DNA of 64,000 nucleotides from the human T2T-CHM13v2.0 reference genome, Homo sapiens. The translations under genes and the position numbers were made by a program. Below the pieces are notes generated by a model. It was not told where the DNA came from. It did no database searches and saw nothing but the letters and a program-made list of their open reading frames with translations. The DNA is taken from assembly GCF_009914755.1 (NCBI RefSeq), contig NC_060927.1. One strand, 5' to 3'. This document shows, in pieces, positions 14,124 to 30,620 of the stretch. How positions within the stretch are numbered: the stretch's first letter is position 1; each line of letters starts with the position of its first letter.

Positions 14124-14860
14124 CTGTGGATATCACAAAACAACAGAAAAGTCATTTTACTAGTAAAGAGATTGCATAATTTAGGGTGGCAGCTGCAGAT
14201 TATACTAAAAGCAAACATTCTTTAGGATACTTTTGTTGCCATCGATACTTAATCTGTAAGAACTTTGAAAATTAAAATTAAACATACTGTCTAGTACTTC
14301 TCATAGTAATAATATACCAGAAAGTCTCATTCATGTAATTTTGCATATAGAATTTTCACATATGTTCTTTAGATTTACAGACAACATATTTCTTTACTGA
14401 ATATTTCCTTTCTGAATTATTTTCAGAATATTTCATTGGAAAAGAAACATTCAGTTACTGGAATAAATATTAATCTTGAAAAATAATTTCAGAGATTTTT
14501 TTCAAATATTAGGAAATGTTTAAAATAAGTATGTACTAGGCTAAGAGGATAAACACTGTAAGGCTTCTTCTGTCTTTCCCGCTCTCCTCTCAACATCTCG
14601 GGTCTCCCCACAAGCCTCAGTTAACATACATAATGCCCAGAGTCTTTAGAAATCAATGTCCCAACTTTACAGACAGAATATCCAAGATACAGAAATGACT
14701 CTCTGAAGAGTCACCTTTTAAAAAAGTGGTTCTACCTTTAGGAAACAATTCATTTCTTAAACATGAAAGGGATCAAAGAACTGTAAATCCCAAAGCACTT
14801 TATAGCAAGCCTAAGCAGTTTCTCCCTCTGCCTGGTACCAGAAGGCTGCAACATAGTTAC

Positions 14861-14998
14861 CTGCAGAGTCAGCCTGCAGCACTGTGGTGACTTCTCTTGG
14901 ACTCAGGTGATTAACTTCGCTGCTGCTATAGCGAACTGGGGTTTCCTCATGGTCCACTGCTTTTGCAGGAAGAAACTGCTTCATTCCTTTCCACCAAC
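14861..14998 (-). CDS. DCBLD2: DCBLD2 exon 15
   Basis: aatgaAG / GTAACT; [46 protein letters not shown]; frame consistent with both neighbours. Confidence 0.93.
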
Positions 14999-15882
14999 CT
15001 TCATTGTGACGGCAAGCCAAAGAGACCATTAAATAAAAACCTGTATCTCAAACAGTAGTATCAAGAGAAAAATCCTGTTGCATTTAAGCCATTTCTATAA
15101 CAAATATCTCTACAAACTTGCCTTTATAATCCAACTTTTTTTTTTTTTTTTTGCTGTGATAGACTATCCAGCACCAAGCAGTACATGGTAGAAATCTCTA
15201 TCAAACACATGCAGGCAAATCACTGTTAGTATAGTACAGCCAGATACAGTATCTATTTTAGGGGTGGCCTTAATTACATTTTTCCCAAAAAATATTTTCC
15301 AAGATCTACCCTGGGGCACTAGCTGCCCTTTTCTATCCTAGCCACAGCAGTGAACTCTCCTGGCTCCTAAGAGCTGATCCAGTAGTGAGACTGGGAAGTG
15401 AGAAACTGGTAGGGGGGCCCCTTTGGTGTCACTTGCAGCAATTCAGAAGATGACAACTCATCATGGGAGACCTCCCGATTCCTAAACTGCTGGACTCCAC
15501 TTGGTGAATAACCATGGCAGAGGACAAACACACACTGTGTCCTGGAGACCACAGTCTTTTGTTTCTTACTCAGTGTTCACGTGGGCCACAGAAAGCCGGT
15601 CTCCTCATGAGAAACAGATACACAGGACAAACTACACAAGTTTTCCAGAAGAAAAAGAACAGAGCTTGTTTTAAGAAATTTGTACTTTTCATTTCATTAC
15701 TTAGGAATTACAAGAGACTTTGCAGAAGGGTAAAAATGGTGAGAACTGAAGAGTAATGCCATTGTTCTAACAGTGTCGGGGAGTTCACCTGGGCCAGAGA
15801 ATGACTCTTTTTTCACTACTGCCCCCTGTAGGGGAGCGACATCCCTCTGATAGAAATGAGATGCAAAGACCACGTGAGTTAC

Positions 15883-15932
15883 CTGCCCGGTCCCAGTAAG
15901 GTAAGTCATAGGTGCCTTCAGTTTTTTTCTTT
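15883..15932 (-). CDS. DCBLD2: DCBLD2 exon 14 (juxtamembrane)
   Basis: Branch point TGCTAAC, ttccAG / GTAACT; [16 protein letters not shown]. Confidence 0.94.
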
Positions 15933-15983
15933 CTGGAAAAATACAGAAGAGAAGTTAGCAAACAGAGTAAATTCACTGGTAAG

Positions 15984-19367
<3,384 letters not shown>

Positions 19368-20177
19368 CACAAATGAGGTTTTCATAAAAAGCCCAAGCAA
19401 TGTGCTTTTCCTACTGGGAAACATTCTCCAGTATAAGACTATATTTTTGATACTAAATGCATCCTCATTTTAAAGCGTAGGTATACTTATTTCATTATTT
19501 CAAAGTACAGCATAATAAAAAATTTGTGGAAAAGATAATGAGTGTTGAAGATGTTAATGAAACACTTGAATGGAAAAGAAATAAAAAAAAATACTGATTA
19601 AACACCTTTCTCCCTGAAAATGCTCTAATCATCACATGATTTAGAAATAAAAAAATAAATAAATCATCTTTTCTAAATAGAAGTTAGATGCCCTATATTG
19701 CTAGGACAACAAATTTATGGCATCAATATTAGCCATAGGTTGTACTATAAAGGATTTTATACACATAAGTGACAAAGCTTCTGGTTACTTATTCATTACG
19801 TATAAAGTGCTTAGAATGAGCTCTGGATTCAATAAGCTGCAGCTGTTTTTATTATCATTCTCATCCTCCCTATTTTCCACAGCATATTAATGGTATCTGC
19901 TCCTTTACTCCTTGTCATAAAGCCACACTCATCAGTGATTTCAACTACGTTCCTAACAGTAACTTCAATTCTCCAGCTCAGATCGTGTCCTTAACGCCAG
20001 GTGTGTGGTCGAATTGCCTCAGGAGTCTGGATGTCCACAGGGTCCTTTCAACACCATCCCAAACTGACCTCAGGCTCTGTCTGACTTCTGCCCTCTCAAC
20101 AGCGGCACTCCTCAGTCCTCCCCCTCACACCCTGTGCTTTAATAACAGTGAGTTATACTTTATTTATTATGTGTTCA

Positions 20178-20429
20178 GAGCAGCAGTGGGTAAGAGCACG
20201 ATCTCTCAAGTCTGGTCCAAAACTCCCCTCTGCCCATGTACTAGGCAATAACTAGGCAGGTTATTTATGCCCATAAACTAGGCAAGTTATTTGCCCATAA
20301 CTAGGCAAGTTATTTATGTTGTGTCTCATTTTCTCCTTCTGTAAAACGGGGCTTATTATAGTGCCTGCTTCGTAGATTGTTTTGAGGATTAAATTAATTA
20401 ATTTAGAATAATTTGCGTAGAGGTGCATG
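20178..20429 (+). mobile_element. MIR fragment with internal tandem repeat
   Basis: MIR core TCTCATTTTCTCCTTCTGTAAAACGGGG...TTTTGAGGATTAAAT. Confidence 0.7.
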
Positions 20430-20563
20430 TTGTCAAGACTGGGCATGTGGTGGTAACTGCAGAAGCTTTTGCAGATACACAAAAGCTTGTTACACTATGC
20501 ATTCCATCTGTGTAGAGATGTGAAACTTTCCTAAATTTTTAAATCACTAAAATAAAATTGAAA
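20430..20563. repeat. 134-bp direct repeat, copy 1
   Basis: 131/134 identical to 22578-22711. Confidence 0.95.
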
Positions 20564-21541
20564 ATAGAAAATACAGGTATTTGGAATAATTATGTAGAAT
20601 AGTGACTAAGATTAGCATTCAATTTTCTATAAAAATTAGCTTCTGCTGCTGCGGGCCTCATCACTACTATCACTGTTGTTGCTAAGTTCCTTAAATGCAT
20701 CATACTCTCTCCTCTTTGGAATTTCCTAAAGTCCTTTCCTTTCCCTATTGTTCTCATACTAATTTGCTGTGTCTCTGCTTAGACAGCCTGTTCATGAAGC
20801 TGGGATCCACTAGCTTCCTCCCATGGCATATATTCTATGGCTGGTGTTACAGCTGGGAGTTTTTTTTGCATTGCATCCGTTCCTAATCTGTAAGCTTTGG
20901 GGTTCATCACTGGAATCCCCAGCACATGGCTCAATACTTGACACAGGGTAACAGCCAAATATTCAAATACTTGTTGCATGGCTGAACAAATGAAGTCATT
21001 TTCATTCTCCACCAAACCTGTCCTTCCTGCTGTGTTATCTCAACTCATGACACCTCTACTGGTCTAACTGCACAAGCCAGAAACCTCAGATTCCTCCTGT
21101 ATCACTTCTTCCTTACTAGACAACTAGTCATACATCCTGTCAATGCTACTGGGAAACATCTCCACTCCATCTCTTCTCCCTTTCCTAGAATCAGTGTGTT
21201 ATGTGCCTGCCTGGCCTCAGTGGTTTCCTAACTCATCTTGCTAAGTCTCTCAGCCTCTCTCCTCTTCAATCTACCCTTCAAAACTGCCACCATCTTTGTA
21301 CAATCATCTGACAATATCACCTCTTTGCTTGACACTCAAGTGACTTTCCATCTATAGAATGAAATCTAAATTTCTCTCTTCCAGAAAAGCCTTTCCTGAT
21401 CCAGGCCCAGACTAAACCTCTATGGTTATTTCTCAGGACTCTCCCACGCCAAGCGTACATGCGATGACTCACTATTTTGCCTACATTCCATATCTCTGTG
21501 CCTTCACTCAAACAATTGGCTCAGGTTGGGCCATTTGCTAG

Positions 21542-21891
21542 TGCTATGGTCTGAATATTTGCATCTCTCCAAAATTCATATGTTGAAATCCTAACCCCCG
21601 TTAGAAAGTGGGGCTTTGGTAAGTGATTAGGTCATGAAGGCAGAGTCCTCATGAATGGGATTGGTGCCCTTACAGGAAAGGCCTGAGAGAGCGTGTTTAT
21701 CCCTTCCACCATGAGAGGATCGGGCAAGAAGGCACTGTTGATGAATGAGCCAGACGGCAGGCCCTCACTAGTCATAGTATCTGCAGTGTTTTGATCTTGG
21801 ACTTCTCAGCCTCCAGAACTGTGAGAAATCAATTCTATTATTTATGTCACCCAGGTTATGGTATTTTCTTACAGCATCCCAAACAAAGACA
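21542..21891 (+). mobile_element. MaLR solo LTR (MLT1A-like)
   Basis: TGCTATGGTCTGAAT start, GGACTTCTCAGCCTCCAGAACTGTGAGA motif, AAGACA end. Confidence 0.85.
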
Positions 21892-22355
21892 TCTACCTTC
21901 CTCTATCTAGCCAACTACAATTCCTTTAAGGCAAAGCAAGCCAAACTTGAGGAGTCCCCTTTCCCGAAGAAAAAACTTCAGTTAATTCTCATGGTTCATA
22001 ACTCATCAAACCACATGATATAGTTCCTTGTTAGTCAACCCTGCTAAACACTTCAGAGAAAGGAATTGTGTCTCATTCTTTAAGTAAATGTAACTATCAT
22101 GTGTCAGAAATTGTTCATATTAATGTACATATCCCAGTGTATAATGCAGAACTTGATACAAAAAAGGTACTTAGTAACTGATTGTGGAATTGAACTTATT
22201 TATTTTTAATGGGAATAAAGGAGAAGCATGAAATTTTCATTTTAATAATTACCTTAACTCTCACTCTCAAACAGGTAAACATTTTCATCTTCTATATTTA
22301 GCTTCTACTTCACATTTGGTAGTTTTGGACTCAGGTGAACTAGTTATGTACTAAC

Positions 22356-22449
22356 CTGTTTCTCCAGTGCCAAGCACACACTAATATGAGAATGAGAGTA
22401 GTGAGGACCATGACCAGCACAGGGACAAGAACTGCAGCCAGCGCTACAT
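22356..22449 (-). CDS. DCBLD2: DCBLD2 exon 13 (transmembrane helix)
   Basis: ttcAG / GTTAGT; [32 protein letters not shown]. Confidence 0.96.
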
Positions 22450-22577
22450 CTGAAGTTACAAAGACAAAAACAGACAAACAAAAGCCATATTAACACCAAA
22501 GGCAGAAATCACTAGGGAAAATTAACCACATCATCTTTCAACATTTTTCTACCTCACGGAAATACCATAAACATTAT

Positions 22578-22711
22578 TTGTCAAGACTGGGCATGTGGTG
22601 GTAACTGTAGAAGCTTTTGCAGATACACAAAAGCTTGTTACACTATTCATTCCATCTGTGTAGAGATGTGAAATTTTCCTAAATTTTTAAATCACTAAAA
22701 TAAAATTGAAA
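22578..22711. repeat. 134-bp direct repeat, copy 2
   Basis: 131/134 identical to 20430-20563. Confidence 0.95.
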
Positions 22712-23300
22712 GACAAATGAAAAATTGGGAAAATATATTTTCTACATATGAGAAGAGTTACTTTAAATAATTATTATATTGTAGGGCATTACAAGCCAAA
22801 TCCAAACATTTAAGAGAAAAATCAGCAGAGATTAACTAGTAATACATTAAAAAATACAAGTAACCATTAAATATGTTAACTTCACTAGTAATCAAAGAAA
22901 TACAAGTTAAACAACCAACACAAAAAAAGTTAAAACAACAAAATACTACTTTTGCTAATCAAAGTGGCAAATATTTAAAACAACAACTAATTGATGAACA
23001 GGCTACCAGGAAACAGTTATTTTTTAATGGAAATATAAACTGATGCTATCTCACTGATTGGCATTTTTGGGCAATATGTACAAAAATCTATTGGCAATTC
23101 CATTCCTAGAATTTATTCTCAGAAACTAAAAAAAGATGCATCCTTAAAGATGTTCTCCCTGTTTCTGCGTAAGAGTGAAAAATTGGAAATAATCCAAATG
23201 CCCAAAAATGAGAGGGAATAAATCATGGTATCCTCCTTACAAGAGAAAATAATCCAGCAATTGAAATGACGTTACATCATAATGGCAAAACATTCATATA
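22695..23300 (+). mobile_element. Old L1M (L1ME-like) ORF2 3' fragment
   Basis: AAAGACAAATGAAAAATTGGGAAAAT, CACTAGTAATCAAAGAAATACAA and GCAATTCCATTCCTAGAATTTAT motifs. Confidence 0.6.
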
Positions 23301-25465
23301 TATATATATGGGAAGGTAACAATGTGGTGTTAAGAAAGTCAATTGGAAATGTGTGTGTGACCAGGTCAGAAGCCAGCATAATGCTGGAACTGGGAGAGAT
23401 TTAGGGATCATTTAATCCCCTAATTTCACTCCAGAGATAAGGAATTCTGGGCCCAGATATAGAAAATGATCTGCCTAAGGTCACTTGGGATATTAGTTTC
23501 TTCCTTTGTCGCTCAACCCCCTACTTGCCATGAAGATGATAATAGCAGCACCTGCTGATATTTACTGGGGGCTCAGAGCCGGACACTGCAATGAGTCTAA
23601 CCTGCACCATCTTTATTCCTTAAAACAACTGTATCCAAAAGAGAGAAAGAGGCTGAAGATACAGGAGGGGGAGAGGATAATCAGTAAGATTGGGTCCCTG
23701 AGAGGTAGATCGAGGGGAACCAGGGCACAGGTGATATAATCAGCCTTGGGCAACATAAGGAAGCCCCCTTTTCACTGCAGTGAACAGAGGATACAGATAG
23801 GTTTGTAGGCTCCACAAAAAGGGAGTTTCACTGGAAGGAAACTCCCTACTTTCTCTGTGAAGTTGGAGCGGTAACTGAGAGTGGGTGAAGATATCTGGGT
23901 GAAGGGCTTGAAAATAAGGGGAATATGTAAAATAGCTACAGTTGAGAACAGACAGAAGAGCTACTGCAGCCTTTCAGAAGGTCAGCCAGCTGGTGCCACG
24001 GGCCCCACTGAGGGAGGACCTGGAAACTACAGAGGCACAAATCTGACCATGACATAATCTTTTCCATGAAATCACTCTCAGCCTGGCTGTAAAAATGGAG
24101 AAGTCCATAAACAGAAATAATGACTTAGACTAGAAAGCACTCAGAATTCACAACGGTAAATGTGCTTTTTCCATAAGATTAGTGAGACAAGAGAAGATAA
24201 TCAAGTTTAGATGGATGCTGTGTGATTTAATCAGAGGCTTTAAAACATCTTCTTAGGTTCAAAAAATAAATTTATATACTACCATCCCCCTAAAAAAGAG
24301 ACAGGAGGTCTCTGAGAAGACCAACTCATTCTTTGTTATTCTTTTTGGGCATACAGGGATCCTAATTCTGGAAGGAAATTATTTAAGGACTCTTTTTAGC
24401 CTTGAGGGTCTGAGATGCAATCAGATTTTAAGATGAGCAACACTTTTCAGTGACTGATCTCCATCCAGGCATGTGGTCTGGGATTCTGCCTTAGTACATG
24501 CCTTCTGACAACTGGTAAGCAGTTAAAAGATGCTGAGATCTCCTGCCTCTGAGAACCCTTGATTCTCTCTAGCTGTACCTGCAGCATGAGAAAGTAATTC
24601 ATCTTTGTGAAAATACTTCAGAAGATGGGAAAGAACCAACATGGGGAAAGTCAGAGAAAGTTATCTGAATCCAGGCAAACTTTCAAAAAATGAGAATGAC
24701 TGAAGTTCTATGTGGCACAAATTACTTTGGATGAACGGCTTTCTCTCTCTGCACTTTCCTGAAAACAAGGAAGCTTTTTATGTGACAACTCTGATACTTA
24801 GTCTACTATGACACTGACACTTTTTTGAATTCAATTGAAATTTTGTTTTTCAACAACTAGTAAGACTACTATGTTTTATGTATTTTGAGACCTTATTTAT
24901 CACTGATAACAAAACTTGAAAGTAAATTCTAATAAATTTCTATTTATGATCTTAAAAAATATAATTGCAAACACTTAAAAAGAGACCAAAGTTTTTTTTT
25001 ATGAATATGTTAACTATGAGTATTTTTTAACAATTACTAGTTTCTACTAAAAGTTCTGTTTTTATTTTCCCCTTTTTGCCATCAAGTTCCCTATCCATCA
25101 AATTAATATATTATCAAGGGAAACAAGTTTGTTTCCTGCTATGATTTCAGTTATTTCTAGAAAATATTGTATTTCTAAGCCTGAGAGTCAACATGTTTAG
25201 CTGTAAGGAACAATAAATCACAAGAGGAGGCCTGCAACACAGTGGCCTTCTCTAAATATTTAAAGAGCAATTCTACATGGCAGCAGAGACTACAACTTAG
25301 ATCAATGCAGTCTTTTCCTATGAAAGAAAATAAATTTTTTTTTTTGCTATACTTAAAAACTATAGTTGGAAGAAAATAAACTGAAGGTTTAAAAATGCCC
25401 GTGAAAACTTCAGTTAAGAACAAAACAATACTATGTACTAGGCGTTCATTTCCATGTTTGCATAC

Positions 25466-25591
25466 CTTTGGTTACATTTGGAGTTACGGTAGTATTTCTG
25501 ATATCAGGACTGGCAGTTGTTTGTTCTGTCTGTGCAGGAAATTCATTGCTACTGCGAGGTTGTAGTGGTTGCGTAAATTTTGGGGCACGAC
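25466..25591 (-). CDS. DCBLD2: DCBLD2 exon 12 (Pro/Thr-rich stalk)
   Basis: taaAG / GTATGC; [42 protein letters not shown]. Confidence 0.94.
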
Positions 25592-25739
25592 CTTTAAAAA
25601 AGTTTCAAAAGCTCTTTACTTTTTAATCTGTACCAACTTGATTAACATAAACTTATTTGATAATGCTTTTAATATATTTTTGGAAAGTTGCACCATAAAT
25701 CCAAGGAATATCAAATTCTCACATTAAAAACAGGCATAC

Positions 25740-25826
25740 CTTTGGCTATTTTTGGAGGGGCTGTAGTGTTTTTGAGGTCATTGCTGTTCCGAGGAGGTGG
25801 AGGTTGAGTAAGTTTTGGAGGACGAC
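25740..25826 (-). CDS. DCBLD2: DCBLD2 exon 11 (Pro/Thr-rich stalk)
   Basis: tcaAG / GTATGC; [29 protein letters not shown]. Confidence 0.94.
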
Positions 25827-26599
25827 CTTGAAAAATGGTTTAGAAAAATTTAAACATTTTGTTTTTAAAAATCATAATTAAAAATAGTAATGCTAAATGT
25901 CTTCAATATTTCCTAAAGTATTTAATTCTGCAGAATAATTTTAACTCTCAGAGAGAAATATATTGGAAGGATAAATATTATACTCTGCAATAAAGGCACA
26001 AATATGCCAGGATTTCTCAGTTTTTAAATAATTAAATCATCTGAAAATAATCTTAGGAAGAAGAATAATGGGGTGGAAAGTGATGTTGAATGCTAAAGCT
26101 ATAAAGGAGTCATCCACATTTTGATACAGTACTTATTCAATTCATTTAATAGTTATTTATGGAGGGCCAACGATGTGTCAGGCACTGTGGTAGCCTTTGG
26201 GCGTACAAAAGTAAACAGTATATTAAAATGTATAATATTGAGATAAATTATTCTTGCTTTAAATGTATTGTTACAATCTTTCATGCTTATGTTAAACAAA
26301 TATTACAGTACATGACACCTGATTTAAAATTATTAGGATTGAGATTAAATTTGGAAAGTGATCTCATTTACATTATCTTATGAATGATGCTATTTCTTCT
26401 TCCACTTATAATTTTGGAAACCATTCTTATAACTTTTTAATAGGGTAACCATTTTTTTTAACATCCCTTTAAGAAGATATTGTAATTAGAGTTTAACCAG
26501 AAAGACACTCACATTATTAATTACTCTCTCTGAGAACAGCAAAACCATTTTAAATTGGCAATCCAGTAAAAACATATCTTAAACGAACTGTCTCTTTAC

Positions 26600-26750
26600 C
26601 TTTAGGAATAAACTGACATCCGAGCAGCTCCATTTTCATGGCAATTTTCTGCTGCCATTGGGTAGGATTCACTCTAATAAAACGTGCAATAATTGGTGGC
26701 AAAAAGTTATTACGCACATCCTGGTGATAATCTTTGTTTCCTTGAAATAT
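26600..26750 (-). CDS. DCBLD2: DCBLD2 exon 10 (F5/8 domain C-terminus)
   Basis: taaAG / GTAAAG; [45 protein letters not shown]. Confidence 0.96.
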
Positions 26751-27369
26751 CTTTAAAAAAACAACGAAAAATTGGTACTTCAAATCAATAGAGGTCAGGG
26801 CTAAATTTCTCCACTTAAACATGTTTTTGTTCTTTGCTCTAGGCCTTAAATTACATCTGGAAAGTATGACAATAAGGATCAATTTTTAAGAAAATAATCA
26901 TAATTTGGAAAAATATTAAGATGCTGCACATTTTTATCAAAAGTTTATGAAACAAAAATATTTAATATAGAAATGATTTTAAGATGATTTAAGAACTTAA
27001 CAAGAGGGCTAACTTGGCATTTGGGTAAAAGGTTTCAAATCCAGTGAGACAATTTATCCTATTAGTAAATCAGTAACTCTAGTCCTGTGGAATTACCAAC
27101 TATTTAAATATATTAATTTTTATTTTTAAAGTAAAACAAAATTGATCATGCCAAGTCTTAGGGGAAATATTTTGCTTGTGTACTTTTCATAATTTTTCTC
27201 TCAACAGGCTGAAGGTGAACATATACTAACAAACATATAACAGATATATACCTCCACCTACTGGATAAACTGCATAAAGACAGTTCTCCTATTATCCCGG
27301 TTTTTGTTCCATGCTGCTATTTAAACTAGAAGTGACTTTGAAATGCTATTTTATGCTTAAATTATTAAT

Positions 27370-27933
27370 TATTTTTAGAGATAGAGTCTTGCTCTGTCAT
27401 CCAAGGAATGCATTGGCGGGATCATAGCACAATACAGCCTAGAACTCCTGGGCTCAAAAGATCCTCCCACCTCAGCCTCCTGAGTAGCTAGGACTACAGA
27501 GGCGCATGCCAACATGTGTGGCAATATTTACTTATTTATTTAGAAAAGAGGTCTCGCTTTGTTGCCCAGGCTAGTGTGCAGTGGCGCAATCTTGGCTCAC
27601 TGCAACCTCTTCCTCCCAAGTTCAAGCAACTCTCCTGCCTCAGCCTCCTGAGTAGCTGGGATTACAGGTGTGCACCAACACGCCCGGCTAATTTTTGCAT
27701 TTTTAATAGAGACAGGGTTTTACCATGTTGACCTCAAGGGATCCACCTGCCTCAGCCTCCCAAAGTGCTGAGATTACAGGAATGAGCCACTGCACCTGGT
27801 GATTTTTTATTTTTGTAGAAAGGGGTCTTGCTATGCTGCTCAGGCTGGTCTCAAACTCCTGTCCTCAAGTATACTCACACCTAGACCTCCCCCAAAATGC
27901 TGGAATTACAGGTGTGAGCTACCACGCCTGGCC
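27370..27933 (-). mobile_element. Nested Alus: AluS (about 27530-27800) inside the linker of an AluJ
   Basis: AluJ right arm, then a complete younger Alu, then the AluJ left arm. Confidence 0.85.
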
Positions 27934-29069
27934 TGTGACTAATTTAATGCTTGTAACTAACTAGCAACAAATGCATTATAAAAATAATCCCTAGGTAAAA
28001 ATATGAGTTTAGGTGAGTCTCATTCCCTTAACTACTTCAAGCAAATAATGATAGTATCTTACAATGGACCAGCACTTAATTATTTATAAAACATTTTAAT
28101 GTAACTAATTCAGACAACCCTATGAAATAGGAGGGCACAGGAATCTGTAAGTGGATTGCACAGCTAGTCAATGACAGGGCAGCAACTTGACTCTGGGTCT
28201 TCCGACTTAAGTATGGACTCCAATAAGCTAAAAAGAGCCCTGTTTGTTCTCTAGGTCAGATCAACTAGGTAGTTTCTAAAGACCATTAATAAGCATATAT
28301 TGCCTAAAATCAAAGTGATTTTTTTTCTAATCAGCTAAGATGAGATTAAGTAAATGTTTAACTTCTCAATCAAGCTATTTCCAAGTATTGTGGCTCTATT
28401 TCTTCTTGGCTAATTCACTTGGCATTAGACTATAAATCTCGAAAGATGTGTTAATATCCTTCATTTCCTAAAAAGTTTGTTTTGCAGTTACAATAACTTC
28501 CATACTAGTGAGCTCCCGTGATTTCCTCAGATATTACTCTGAAATAAAATGAAAGGCAATTATTTTCATTCTTACTATATTAGTGGAACAGGGACGATAA
28601 CAAATCATTACTTTAACACATAAAAACTATCTTTAAGATATTCCTCTATATTGCTGTCTCAATTTTATAAAAACTGAGTAAAAAAGATTTGCTATAGTCA
28701 ACCTATGAGCATTTACTGAGAATCCTCATGTACAGAGAAGTATGTGAGGTGTCATGAAGAGAAAATGGATATGGTTGCTACAGTTCCCACCCTCAAGAAA
28801 CTTAAATTTTATTGATTACCACACATAAATATGGCATAATGTTAGAAAGTGATATATTATGAAAACAAATTGTATATATATATATAAATCCCATTTTCTA
28901 AAAACAAAACCAAATGCAGTCTCTGCGTACTCATGCACATGTGCAGGCTCAGAAAAGGGGTAAAATGAATACACCAATTACCCTTGGGTTGGAGGTGATG
29001 AGGGAGCAGATGGACTTACATGAGCGGGAAAAGACTGTTAATTCATACAATTCAATGTGAAGATTTGCA

Positions 29070-30620
29070 TTTCTGACCATAAGAGTAACGGATTAGACTT
29101 ATTGTTCAGCCCTATACGTACCTGAGAAACTGGATAACAGGCTGCCTTGGGCAATAATGACGGAAAGAAGGGAAACAAATAAGGTGAACCCTGCTATTTA
29201 TTGCCCCAGTACTGTCTATAGAAGAGTTTCCAGGCCACAGTGCAGGGAGAGAGATCCCTAACAGAGCCTGCCGGTCTCACTGAGTTGCAGAGACAGAGCT
29301 GAGAGTGGGAGGCCAATAAGGTAGCTAGAATTTGTAGGCAGAGATTAGGAGAGAAGAGAGCTATAAAGATAGAGTGAGTGAGAGAGAGAGAGAGAGACAC
29401 TTCTAGAATATATAAGGAGTTATCCCTTAAATCTTCAGCTGCATGTAAAGAAATGACCTATGGCCAGTAAAAGAAACACTGGAATGAGTCAGCAGGACAA
29501 GTCTCACAGCTCCGTAGATCTGGGAATTCCTTACACTGCCAAGAGGTAGAACAGAGAAACCTCATAATACATGGGATGCTGCAGTGAGTACTTAGAACAG
29601 TATTGTCTCAGTGGGGGAGAAAAATAAGAAAACTGAAGGCTGTCCAGGTCCTGCCTAATGAAGTTTAAAAGCAAGCCTTGAAAATATCACATTGTTTCCA
29701 GTAGCTTAACTACATTCCAGAATAAAGCTCAAAAATACTTAAGGGAATATTAATAACAAAAAACCCCAGCACCAAACAATGTAACACAATGTCTGGCATC
29801 CAATAAAAAAAATTCGGGCAGGTAAAATATGATCCATAATATCAATCAACATAAAAAGACCCATATATGACATAGGATAACATTAGCAGATGAGGATATT
29901 AAAAGAGCTATTATATATGCTCCATGTTCCAGAGATAGAGAAAAGCATGAGCATGTAAAGACACACTGGAGACATCTTAAAACTCCCAAACTGAATATCT
30001 AGAGATAAAAAATACAGTATCAGAGATAAAAATACATTGGATGGGATTAACAGATTAGACATTTCAGAAGAATAGATTAGTGAACTTGAAGACAAAACAG
30101 AAAACTTTCAAACTAAAATACAAAGAGAAAAAGACTGAAAAAAATAAAGAACGGAGCATTGGTGAATGGTAAGATACCTTCAAGGGTCATAATATTCATA
30201 AAATTAGAATTGGGGAAGGGAAATATTTGGAAAAAAAAAGAACTACAATTTTCTAAATTTGATGCAAATCATAACCTACAGATCCAAAAACCTCAAAGAA
30301 CCCCACGCAAAAAAAAAAGAAGAAAAATATAAAAAAGCCACATCAATCAAACTGCTTAAAACAAATGATAAAAAGAAAACCTTAAAAGGAGCCACAGAAA
30401 AAAAGACATATCACATATTGAGGAACAGAAATAATAGCAGAATTCTTGTCAAAAACAATGCAAGCCAGCAAACAGCAGACAACGTATTTCAATTATTGAA
30501 AGGAAAAACCAAAAAAAAAAAAAAACCAAAAAACCACTGATCAACCCAGATTTCTACACTTAGAGAAATTACCTTTCAAAAATGAATGCAACATAGAATC
30601 TTTTTCAGAAATATCATTTA
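29070..30620 (+). mobile_element. Old L1M 5'/ORF1 region, degenerate
   Basis: GATTAGTGAACTTGAAGAC, AGATCCAAAAACCTCAA and ORF1-like Lys-rich remnants. Confidence 0.7.

Noticed and set aside
15785-15882. Extension of exon 14 by intron read-through or an alternative donor at 15788
   Set aside because: Only a short open frame and a weak GTGAAC donor; nothing else in the sequence supports it.
20430-20563. H/ACA snoRNA or miRNA hairpin in the 134-bp unit
   Set aside because: Size and a terminal ACA are suggestive, but there is no H box between the stems and the second stem is too short.
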